Virus record (IMG/VR): IMGVR_UViG_3300046323_000587
Span: 124,001-188,000 of that record
Strand: one strand, 5' to 3'
DNA length: 64,000 nucleotides
Position numbers and translations under genes: made by a program. Under the pieces are notes generated by a model. The model saw only the letters and a list, made by a program, of their open reading frames with translations. It made no database searches and had not been told where the DNA came from. Each line of letters opens with the position of its first letter. Within the stretch, counting starts at the first letter, position 1. This document shows, piece by piece, positions 1-12,000 of this stretch.

Positions 1-3000
1 TGATTTTAAATCATTCATTTGTTTTTCTAGAAGTTGTTTTTCATCAATAGATAGATTAGACTTAGAAGTTTGTATTAAATAGTTTAAAAATCCAGAACCA
101 TTTTGTTCTTGATGAAGTTCTTGTAATTTAGCTACTTTTGCTTCATCGGATAAATCTTTAAATCTTGGATCTTTTATTGCTTCTAAATAAGAAAGCATTG
201 CCTCTATGTGAGATGTTGAAGTAATATCAAAAGATAAATAAGTATAACAAAGTTTACGAGCAAGAGAATTAAAGTGTTTTTGTTGAGAAGTTCTATTTTT
301 CTCTCTTAAAGCAACTAAAGAAGTCAATCCTTCTATATTAGGTTTTACAGTAGGTACATAGTTAGTAGGTTTATCTGCGTAAGTATTAGGGTTAAGAATA
401 AATTCAAAAGTATTCTTCTTCAATGCTTCAGCCATTTTTAAATAGAAGAATATATCTATATTAACAAGAGCTGTTTCATCTTTATCTAAATCTTTATTTT
501 GTTTTACTTTATCAGTTGATTTTTGTAATACTCCGTCAATTAAACTTACATAACGATAAGAATCTGACTCTGTAAAGAATAGATTATTAGCTAGAACTGA
601 ATTAAATATAGAATTAGCTAAACCTAAACTACTTAATTTAGTATTTGTTGCTTTTGTTACAGCTAAATCTTGTGTAAAAGATAATGCTAATGCAAAATTA
701 ATGCTTGTAGGCACATTTGAATCTTTAACATTTCTTGTTACTGTACTTGTTTTACTAACATCAATAATAGAAGTATCTTCATTTGTTAGTAAATCGTTTA
801 GTCTTATACCAATAAAATTAGAATAAGTTTCTCCATTTTTAGTTAAACGAACTAATCTATTGTTATTATTCTTTTTATTAATTTCTATAAAAGGTTTAAT
901 ACTATCAATAACAGTATTTTGGTCTTGAATTCTTTTTAATAACAAACTTGCTATTTTATATTGTAAATGAAAAATACTTCTATGTTTTTTATCTTCAAAG
1001 TTTGTAGAATCTTCTCTATAATCTAAATTTTCATCTCCATAAATTTCTATAATATAGCTTCTTAATAATTTTGGATTGTTTTTTAATTTTTCTATTCTAT
1101 TGCCTGGAACATAAGTAGCTAGTTGATTTATGCATTTATCATAGTCTTTTTTATTAAAATTCTCCCAAATAGTGTTTTTATTACTAGAAAGAGTTTCTAA
1201 TAAATTAGTATAATACTCTTTATTTTTTTCTATTAATTGGTCTATATTAAGTTTATTGCTTGTACGAGGATTTTTAAATTTTAAATCTCCAATTAACTTA
1301 TTTGCAAAACGTTCTCTTAGATTTTTAATATAACCTTGACCTTTATATTTATCTTCTATTACAATTGAAGCAGATGCACTTCCAGTAAGTTTTACCGCTA
1401 CATAAGAGATATTACTAGCAGTTTTAAAATCAATTAACATTGGAATCAATAGTTGTTCAGATTCACCCGTTTCTAATAAAGCTCTATACATTGAAATAGA
1501 GTTATTACTTACATCTAATGAAAAATATTTATCATAAAGAGCTTTTAATAAATTAAATTGAGTTTCTTGTAAGTTTAAACTATTATTCTCTAAAACAGAT
1601 TTTATATTTTGTCTGAATATTTCTATATCTCCAATAGAAGTTAAAGGTTTCAATCCTGCTACTTCATAATCTATCTCCATTTGTTGAAAAGCCTCTTTTC
1701 TTAATAACTCACTGTTTTTATTTAATAGCAATTCAGCTTTATTTTTAGCTTCTCCAAATATGTTAGCAATCTCTCTAAAAGTAAGATAAGATTCTCCTGT
1801 TGAGATATTAGACAACATTAATTGACCAATAGAAGAGAATTTATGGTGTTCAACATTATCTTCATTTGAATAGTTATCTTTAATTGTAAGACTTTTATCT
1901 GAATGTACTTCTCCTTTACCATTAATAGAAACTATTCTATCAAAAGTTGCATTTACTAACCCTGTAAAATTATTATGAATAACTTTCAATAGATTTTCTA
2001 GTGGTGGATTGTTTTCATCAATAACAAGTACAGTAGTTGAATCACTTGGTAAACTTTCTACTGGATTATCGTCATTATGTTTATTTACAAATGCTTTAAT
2101 ACCTAAGTACAATCTTTTTATTCTATCCTCAACTGATTCTGTATTATAATAAGTGACCACACCTTTAACACCCCCTGCACTTAAAGGATTAGCTTTTTCT
2201 GGATCAAAAAATAATCTAGCTCCAATTAAATCTTGTAATAGTACAGTAGCTTGATTAAATAATGTTGTATCTAAATCTGTTTTCTTAGCTGTATCAGCAG
2301 GAATAGCAAAATCTTTTAAATCCTCTGGTGTAACTTGACTTTCTGCAGCCAATAAATCTTCTTTAGTTTTAGCTAAACCAGAATAATTTACTCTACTTAC
2401 AGTTGATAAAATAGGTTCAGAACTTTGATCTGGATTATCAGAATAAGGTGATTGTGTAACTATTTTTGTTGGTTTAGTGTCAGTATCTAAAAATAAATTT
2501 GTATGTCTAGTTAATTCTATTCTTTCATTTTTAACAATTCCAGAAACATAATGTTTGCCAGATTCGTATTCTATTTTAATAGGATTTAGTGTAGTTTTAG
2601 AATATTTAATAGCTTTTTTAGAATATGTTTTACCGATTGTAGTAAATTCAGTTACTGTATCTGTAACATCTAATTTATTTACTTCTTTTATAAGTTTTAT
2701 TTCTGAATTAATTTTAGATTGAATAACAGGATTTAATTGTTTTTCTATATTTGCTACATTAAATTGAAGCTTTTTAAATTGTTCTTTATTTTGATACTTT
2801 TTAATAGAAGTTTCTTTAAAAAATCTTAGTGCGTTATAGAAATCAACTTGAATGTTTCTTTGAACTTCTTCTACTTCATTTAAAGTCATTGTACTTAAAT
2901 CACTATAATCAAAACTATTAAATGAATTTAAAATTTCTTTTTCTAATAAAAGAAAAGTATCTGATTCTAATTTAGAACCAGATAAACCTTCTTTAATTTT

Positions 3001-3090
3001 TTTATTTATTTCTGAATATATTTTATCAATAAATATATTAGCATTTGCTTTATTAAATTGTTCTATTTTTTGATTTTTACAATCTGCCAT
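1..3090 (-). CDS. Giant virion (ejected cargo) protein, N-terminal part only; runs off left edge; candidate virion RNA polymerase or partner subunit
   Basis: Not in ORF track because it has no stop in the window. ATG at 3090 (MADCKNQKIEQFNKANA...), frame open wherever I checked down to position 1. Starts 1 nt after the 3833-aa ORF, matching the tandem giant-cargo arrangement of crAss-like phages. No DxDxD RNAP motif seen in this fragment. Confidence 0.7.
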   Translation of the reverse strand, partial: MADCKNQKIEQFNKANANIFIDKIYSEINKKIKEGLSGSKLESDTFLLLEKEILNSFNSFDYSDLSTMTLNEVEEVQRNIQVDFYNALRFFKETSIKKYQNKEQFKKLQFNVANIEKQLNPVIQSKINSEIKLIKEVNKLDVTDTVTEFTTIGKTYSKKAIKYSKTTLNPIKIEYESGKHYVSGIVKNERIELTRHTNLFLDTDTKPTKIVTQSPYSDNPDQSSEPILSTVSRVNYSGLAKTKEDLLAAESQVTPEDLKDFAIPADTAKKTDLDTTLFNQATVLLQDLIGARLFFDPEKANPLSAGGVKGVVTYYNTESVEDRIKRLYLGIKAFVNKHNDDNPVESLPSDSTTVLVIDENNPPLENLLKVIHNNFTGLVNATFDRIVSINGKGEVHSDKSLTIKDNYSNEDNVEHHKFSSIGQLMLSNISTGESYLTFREIANIFGEAKNKAELLLNKNSELLRKEAFQQMEIDYEVAGLKPLTSIGDIEIFRQNIKSVLENNSLNLQETQFNLLKALYDKYFSLDVSNNSISMYRALLETGESEQLLIPMLIDFKTASNISYVAVKLTGSASASIVIEDKYKGQGYIKNLRERFANKLIGDLKFKNPRTSNKLNIDQLIEKNKEYYTNLLETLSSNKNTIWENFNKKDYDKCINQLATYVPGNRIEKLKNNPKLLRSYIIEIYGDENLDYREDSTNFEDKKHRSIFHLQYKIASLLLKRIQDQNTVIDSIKPFIEINKKNNNNRLVRLTKNGETYSNFIGIRLNDLLTNEDTSIIDVSKTSTVTRNVKDSNVPTSINFALALSFTQDLAVTKATNTKLSSLGLANSIFNSVLANNLFFTESDSYRYVSLIDGVLQKSTDKVKQNKDLDKDETALVNIDIFFYLKMAEALKKNTFEFILNPNTYADKPTNYVPTVKPNIEGLTSLVALREKNRTSQQKHFNSLARKLCYTYLSFDITSTSHIEAMLSYLEAIKDPRFKDLSDEAKVAKLQELHQEQNGSGFLNYLIQTSKSNLSIDEKQLLEKQMNDLKS

Positions 3091-3091
3091 T

Positions 3092-6000
3092 TTATTTACA
3101 ACTTATGTTAGTATTATTATAAATTTTTTGAAAAGATATATTTAAATTCTCGAAATCTTCATCAATTAAATTTCTTAGAAAAAAAGATCTAGCATCTGAT
3201 AAATCACCTAAAGTAGGTTTACTTATTCCTTCATACGCAGCTGATAAACCATTTTCTACTTGATTATTAATTTTATCTAGAAACTCAAATAATGGATATT
3301 CTTCTTTTAATAATCTTTTATTTATATCATCAAAATTAGTTTCTCCATAAATCATTCTAACTGCATCAGAATTAGTGTCTTTTAATTGAGCCATAGCTAT
3401 ATTAAATTGAGACCAATTGCCATTTAAAATAGCTGATTGTGCATCACTAGGTTTTTCAATTAAAGAATTTGCTTTACTTACTTCTTGAATAAAACTATAA
3501 TAAAATTTAGAAAAATCTTGTTTAGGTGTAGTTGGTGTAGATTCTATAATTTCTGTTTCTTGTACAATAGGTAATTCTTTTTTTAATATACTATCTATTG
3601 TATTAGATAAAACTAATTTATATCTTTTTTCATCTTTTTCTATTTCAGTTTGATAAGTATACAATCGATTAGTAGAATCATATATTACAGAATCTGGAAT
3701 AAAATCTAAGTTATAACCTTTATCTAATCTAGCTTTAAATAGTTCATTTGCTCCTTCTCTTATATTAAGAACTATAAATTCTTTACCTTTCAATTTAAAA
3801 AAGATTTCTTTTGCTTCATTTTTTAATGTTTTTCCATCAAGTAAATTTGTAATATCTGAATTAGTAGGTATTCCTAAAACATTATCAGCATAACCTTTTC
3901 TAATTATAGCAATCTTTTCTTGCTTTTCTTTTTCTACTGTATCTTCACTTTCTTTTATTTTCATATCTTGTTTTAATTTACTAACATCTTCCAAAGATAA
4001 GTCAAAAAATCCATAATCTGGACCTTCTTTAAACGTAATATGTGAAGTATCTGTTAATATTCCATAATGTGGCCCTGGCTGTGTACTATCAACAAGTTTA
4101 GTTAGATTCTTTCCTGGTGTGATACCAAAGATACCATTTTTAAATTGTTCTGTTCCTATTAAAGCTGTATGTAATGAACTAAGTAAAGACTTATCTAAAT
4201 CCACTAATTCTTTTATCTTAAAGAAGTTTGAATATAAATTTTGTTTTCCAGCTGCATTTAATTGTAAAAAGTGGTAGGCAGATAAAATTAATCTTACATC
4301 CATAGGATTGATGTTCCTTCCATCACCTTCTAGTTTTTTTATTAATGTTTCTAATTTTTTTTCTAGATTGTCTTTTAAAGTTTCTGCGGAAGGTTCCGAA
4401 TCAAAAAAATCAGCAAAAGGGTTTGACATTCCTTGTTGATAATCATCAATATCTTCTTGAGAAGTATTTTTACTTTCTCCTAAATACTCTCCAATAGCTT
4501 TTAGTATATCAGTTTCAGTTATATTTTCAGGGTCTGTAGTGCTTACTAATTCTAAATTGTATTTAAAATCAAGCTTTTTCCCTAAAAATTTAGTAAGAAT
4601 TTGTTTAAATCCTTTTGATAAATTTTCTTTTAGATTTGGTGTAATAATTAAATCAACTTTTACTCCAAAATCTTTTTTATTTGTAGGGTCTTCTGTTACA
4701 ATTGCTTGAAAGTTGTCATAAATTGTATTAAATGTAGTTTTTCCTTCGTCAGCATAAATTACTGTAATACCTTTATAACCAGCAAAGAATTTTTTAATAA
4801 GGTCTGCTTTATCAGTAACTGTGACAGGTTTTCCACTTGATTCAATAACTTGATTCCCTAATGTAGTTAAAATAAAAGGTCTACCAGTTTTTAAATCAAA
4901 ATTTTGTCCTTTTTTAGATAATCTATCTCTTACATCTTTAGAAGTTTCAGGTTTATCATACCAAACATAAGCACCACTAATTAAAAATTCAGTTCTTTCT
5001 TGTAATTGTTTTAAAGTTGTAGCTTCATTTTCTTTTCTAGTAAATCGACCATTTTTAATTTTTAAAGTTTCTTTTAATTCTGCAACATCTTTCTTTGAAA
5101 TTGTACCTATTACTACTTCATTATCAGATTCTGAAACTTTTTTACCAAAATTATTAGTTGTATCAAAAAATTGATTTTTAATTTCATTTGTTACGTATTC
5201 TCCGTATTTATTATTGTTATAAATACCCCCTAACGAAATTTCTAAATCTTCAACAACAACTCTCCATTCGTAAGTGATATTACCTTCATCTAAATCATTT
5301 AATTCAGTTGAACGTGAATTTACAGAAGCATCAGTTGAAGGATTAAACTTTTTACCAACTAATTTAACTGTAAATGGTTTGCGTACAATAGAATCTATTA
5401 AAATTTTTAATTTTCGTTTTACTTTAAAAGTATCTGGAAAAGCTTTTACTTTCTCTTGTAATGCTCCTACATCAATTTTTCCTGTATAATAGTTTTTTAA
5501 AGATTGAATAAAAGAAATTATCCTCTGTTGTTCTGAATCATTTAATTTATCAGTTATTTCAAGAAATTGTTTTAATCTAGTTACATCAGATAAAGGAATA
5601 TGCCAAATATAAAATCTTGCTGCATTGTATAGCTTAGAGTCATTGTCTAAATTAACTAAATTTCCATTTAAATTATCTTCAAGTAAATCATTTTCTATTT
5701 TCTTTAAATCTTCTCCGGGAATTGGTATAATAGTAATAGTTTGTTTTGGTAATTTTTCGGTTACAGATTTGAATACAACTACTTTATAATATGTTCCTGT
5801 TTTAATGATGCCGTGTGTATTTGATGTAAAACTTTTTAAAAGATTATCCACTGATTCTTTATATCCTTTATCCTCTAGATTAGGTGTAGCAAGCTTTTGT
5901 TTGTCTACATTAGGTATCTGAGTAACTGTTTTACCATCAATTGTAAATTGAATTACTTTATCAACTATTTTATCTTTGTAACGGTTTTTTAAAAATTCTT

Positions 6001-9000
6001 TATCTTCTTTATTTAAATTTAAATCAGAGGCATCAGCATAAGTTTTAGCTTGTTCTATTTTAATAATAATTTTAGGCGTTAATTTGATTTCAAAATCAGC
6101 TTTAGTTAAAGTAGGAAATATTTCTTTTAGTTGAGCTATTCTAAGAGGGTCTAATTGAGCTTCAAGCTCCTTTGTTAGATTCTTATATTCTATATTATTT
6201 AGTGTTCCTTTTAATTTACTTTGTTTTAAAGTTTCTAGTTTCTCTACAATATCTTTTATAGGATTGTTTGTACTTAATATAGACCAAAGATAAGATTCTT
6301 TAAGTTTATTGTATAGTAACTCTATTGTAGTAGTATCTGTACCTTCTGCAAACAATTCATTAAGGTTTAGATTTTCTTTATTGCTTATTACCGCTTTTTT
6401 AAAATCCGCTTTTATTTTTTCAGTAATTTCTTGAGGTGTTTTATCAGAACCTTCATCTTCTTTTATAGGATCTTTTTTTGATTCTTCTTCTACTACATTT
6501 TTATAATAATCTCTAATAAATTCCTCTGCATTAGCTTTATCTAAAATACTTGGTATAGAATAATACTCTCTTTGTTCTTGTTTAGAAAAATCAGTGTTAG
6601 CTAAATCTGGTGTAGTAGTCAAGTCATTACTTTGAAATACAATCTTATCAGTTGCTTTTAAAAGCATAGTATATAAAGGTCTCGATGTAGATAGAGTAAG
6701 ATCATCTTTATTTAAAGCAATGTAAGCGTTTCTATAAGATTTACTTTGAGCTTTTTGTAAAGTAGTTACATAACCTAAATCAATTTGATTGAATCTAGCT
6801 TTAATGCTGCTGTGATAATCTGAAATTGATTTTGATTCTAGTAGATTTTTTAACTCATTTCTTCCATTGCTATCTAAAAAAGGTATTGTTATTGTTCTAC
6901 CTCCCTGTTCTAATGTTACTGTATAACCTGTAAATTTTTTACTATCTAATTTAATCTCCTTTCTATCTTTAAAAAATTCCAGATCTCCCTCTAAAATACC
7001 GTCACTTATTTTATCTACTGTAAAAAAAGTTCCAAGTTTTATAATTTCTGTATATTGTCTATCGATATATTGTTTAATACTTGTTGTAGTAACAATCAAA
7101 TCACCTTTTTCTAATTCTTTTTTTCTACCTAATTTTGTTCTTACTCTTTTATTAAGTTCTTCAGCTCTTTTAATTGTACTTGTAATAATTCTAGTAGAAG
7201 TTAGATTAGCCTTAAAATCTTTTATAAAAGTTTCTAAAAAGACCTCTTCTTCTTTTATAACAGCTACACCTGAGTTAGTTTCTGAATCAAAATTAGACTC
7301 TATTTTTTTAGTTTTAGTGTCTGTTTCAAATATTCTACTTAAATTGTTGTAATCGGCTAGTTTAATTATTTTTGTTTTAAATTCATCAATTCTAACTTCT
7401 TTATTCTTAAAGACTTTACTTTTTTCAGGTTCTGGAATATCTATTGTATCCTTATCGTATAATAAAATAAATTTTCTTCCAGGTTCTATTAAGTTACCTA
7501 TATCGGAATTACTTATATATTCTGATTCAACTATAACTATATAATCATATTTCTTATCTATTGGTCTAGGTACACCTTCTTTTATAACTTTTTTTCCATT
7601 TTCATCTAAATATTCACTAAAAGAAGTAGTAATAGTCATACTTCCAGATATGTCAGCTTTTGTATATAATTCTAAACCAGCATTATTAGGTGATAAATAT
7701 AAAATATTAGAACTTAATTCAGATATTTTCTTCAATATATCAGTTTTATCAGTTTTTGAAGACACATCAACTCTAACAGAGCGAGTAGAATTGGCTATTT
7801 CTTCTATTGCAGCTAAATTAAAGTTTTCTTCTTCATCAGCTTTAACTTTACGTCCTAATTCTGTTGAAGTAAAAGATACTTCTTCTTTAACAAAACCAAG
7901 TAAATCTGTATTTATGTCATAATCAGTTGGTTCTTCTTCTAAAGATTCTTGAGTTTGTATTATTATATCTAAATCATCTGTTGAAAATTCTTTTTTTACA
8001 GGCTTATTTGTAATACTAGATTTAATTTCAGCTTCTTTTTTAGTTGTAGCAGCAGGTTTAGGTTTGTTGCTAGTTTTAACTTTAGTTGATTTACTTGCAC
8101 CAGAATCAGATGTAGGTTCTTTTCTTACTTCAACATTTTCGACACCTTCAACAGGAACTAACCTAACTTTTAATTCTTCTACTTGTTTCTTATAATTAGC
8201 TTTTGCTTTTGATTTAACCTCTTCATTAGATAAAAAAGTAACTTGATACCCACCTAATTCTTTATTTGGTGTCTTTTCTTCTGCTTCTTGTAATCCTAAA
8301 TGTTTTAGAATGTTTTTGTGCTTATTTCTAACAACAATATTAACTCTACGTTTACCTCTTGAAACTGCTGTGATTAGTTTTGTGAGAATATCTAGATGAT
8401 AAAGTTTTTGATCAAAATTTGTACCAATAAATTTATCGTTTACTATTTCATCTTTTGTTGATTTATTATAAGCTTCTTTTATATTATCATAAATAGAAAC
8501 AATATCTAAAAATACAACTTCTTTTTCACTTCCTTGTGCTTGAGAATTTGTATAAGTTAAAATATCGTCTACAACTTCTTCTCCAATTACCATTATTTCA
8601 GATGTATCTATTTCTTTACCTATTCTTTTAAAAGGTTTTATAGCTACATTAGATTCTTTAGCTTTTTCAAACAATTCTTTTTCTTTTGTAGCAGCTTCTT
8701 TATATTTCTCTTTTTCTCCATTAACAAATTGTCCGAATCCATCATCAGCAATAACAGATACTTTAATACCAGAATAATCTTCATCATTATAAGAAATTTT
8801 ATCTTTAAGATTCAAAGAACCTAATATAGCTATTATATCAATAGAAGCATTATCAAATCTAGAATCTAAGGTAGTTATATTATTTTCTAATGCTTTTAAT
8901 CCTATGTTTAAAGTAGCTAAAAAATCAATATTAGCTTTATATCCAATTCTTAAAGAATCTGTCAGAGGTAAAGTTCTAGTAATAAAAGGAATTGAAGTAA

Positions 9001-12000
9001 TGCTGTTATTAGTATATACAGGATATTTATCTGGTTCAGAAGTGTGTGAGATATTTTGAATTTGTTTAGAATCTCCTGTATAAAATATAGGCAATCTATT
9101 CTCAAGATTAGCTGCATTTTGTAACTCTTCTAAAAAATAAATTACATTTTTAGGTATGTTAGTTGCTTCATCATAAAATATTGAATTATAAGTTTCAGCA
9201 AACACTTTAAATTTTTCAATATTACCATCTTTTAAAAATACCTTATAATCTGTTGTTTCTCCATTAATTAAATCAAAAGCTTCTTTTTCAGTTAATCCAA
9301 ATTGTTGTAATAAAGCATTTAAAATACCAAAAGGTTTGTTTACTAAGTTCTCAAATTTTGCTATGCCTAAGTCTCCTAGTTTATCAACTTTATCAACTTT
9401 ATCTTTTAAGTCAAATGTTGATAACATTGAATCAAAATTGCCTTGTTGTATAATATTATTAGATAACAATAAAGTTTTTTTAGTTGAATTTTTATTTATT
9501 AAAGTAAGTAAATATGACATAATCATAGAAGTCTTACCTGTACCGAAAGTACCATCAATAAATATTTGGTTTTTAATAGGGTTGTAAATATCTAAATAAG
9601 CTAATATTTCTTGTTTGTATACTTCCTTATCTTTACCTAATAATACTTCTTTTAATGTTAGATCTGTTACATCTTTATCACTTGTTTTACTATAATAAGT
9701 GCTTTTTTCAAAATCTATTTTATCTCCATTAAAAAAAAGATTTATATTTGAACTTAATCCAAATTGTCTAACTAAAGATTGAAATTCTGGTTCAATTAAT
9801 ATGTCTTCTGTTAAGTCTTTATCAAAATATTCTTTTAATTTAAGAACTTTTGAAGCTAGTATATCAAATTGTTTATTATCTTTTGCTAAATAAAACTTAT
9901 ATGCTTCTAAGATTACTTTTTCTTGTATTCCAATAGGCGCATTTACATTTTCTTTTTCTAAAAGAATAGAAATAGTTTCAAAATATAGTTTTCTGGAATT
10001 ATTAGAAGGAAAATTTAATACTTCAGAAATATAGTGGTACTTAGCAGCTAAATTATATTTTTGTTCTTCTAATAAGTCTTCTGAAATTGTAAATTCACTA
10101 GAACTTTTAAATATACCTGTTGTATTTTCTCTTAATGAACTTAAATTTTGAGAAGTTGTTACACTATTATAAATACCTGATTTTGTAGCAAGATTGTCAC
10201 CAGGATTAATTTTTATTACTTTATTTACACTTGTAGTATATAAATCTACGTGACCGTTATCTTTTAATTCAACTCCTCTTTCTAAAGCTTCTCGTTCATT
10301 GTTTTGATAGTTTATTAAAGCTTCATCAATCAATTCTTTTACTTCTTTTTCTTGTGTTTGATACCAAGAATATAAAGCAGTTTCAAGTTCACTTAAATAA
10401 ACAATATCTTCTACAATAGTTTCTGAACTAATTTTATCAAATTCTTTATCTGGACTGTATTTATCACCTAGTTGGTTTTGTATTTCAGAATCAATACCGG
10501 AAATTAAATTTATTGTAGAGTGTAATACAGCTGTATCTTTTTTTACTACTGTGATAGATTTTTTAATGAATAAATTATCTTTATTATTTTCATTAAAGTT
10601 TTTTCTTTCAGTTAAAAATTTTACAACTCTTTCATTATTTTCTAATATAATTCTAGTTTTTAAATATTCTTTATCAAATGCAGTAAAGAATTGTTGTTCT
10701 TTAGAATCTTTTTGAATTTCTTTTAGTTTAGAATCATAAGAACCATTTAATTCAACTTCTTTTTTAATTCCATTAATAAATAATAATAATTTATTAGAAT
10801 TTTCTAAAAGATTTATAATATTATTAATTTCAGCAACAGAGTATAATTTTAAAGTTCCTTTATCTGAATTTTGAAATGCAGCAACATTATTTGAATCTAT
10901 TTTTTGAAGTATTTCAAATTCTTTTTCTAGTTCTTGTGTGATATCAGTATATTGACTTGCTACTTCACCTGATAAACTTAATCCTTTATCAATTAAAAGA
11001 GTTTGAAGATTTTCAAAGTTTTTTGCTAATTGATTATATTTAGACAATAGATTTTCACTAAGAGTTTTGTTTAACTCAGGAACATCATTTTTATAACTTC
11101 TAATTAATTCTTGTTGTAAAGGTTCTTTTTTAAATTCATTCAAATAAGGATTTTCAGAATCTCTTTTCCATACATTAACCATAGGAATAATAAATTCCAT
11201 AGCAGACATTAAAGCTCTTTGTTTATCTATTGTAGATTGAAGTTTACTTAATTCTGTAGTAACATTAACAGTTTCAGAAGTCAATCCAAATTCTTCAATA
11301 TCGGAATTAAATTGTTTAATGATTTTATTTCCAGTTGAACCAGCATTATTTAATGAATTATCGTTATCAAAATAAAATTTAGAAAAATCAACTTCTGGCT
11401 CTATTTCAATATGTTCTAATAAAGTTTCTTTAAAAAGGTTTTTAAAATCAGTATCTTCAGTTTCATCATCAGAATAAATATTTTCATTTAAGCTTTTAAT
11501 AATATCCGTAAATTTTTTATTTGATATTTTTGTACCTGCTTTTATAACAGTTGAATCAATAAATTCTTTAATAAAAGATTTTTGAAATACTTTATCTTTA
11601 AATGAATCAGTAAATTTATTTACTGAATAAATATTTCCATAATCATCTTCATCTTCTGTTTCAATTACATAATTTGTGTATAGTTCATTTCTTAATTTAT
11701 TATCTAACAGACTCACTTTTTTATCATTCTCCAACACATCTCTACTAACATCATAATTCTTAATAGGATTCAATGAAGCTTCTTTATATTTCTTAAATGC
11801 TAATTTAGCCTTAGTAATCTCTTCTTTACTACTCTCAAACTTACTTGCATCTATCTTACTTCCGTCTTCTGTAAAGTGTCTATGAATATCTGGATTTATA
11901 TTAAATAAAGCTTGATGTAAATAATCTGTAGCTAATTTACCTGTTTCTATATCTCGTTTTTTTCTCAAAACAGCATCAATGGCTTCTTTATTTGCACCAG

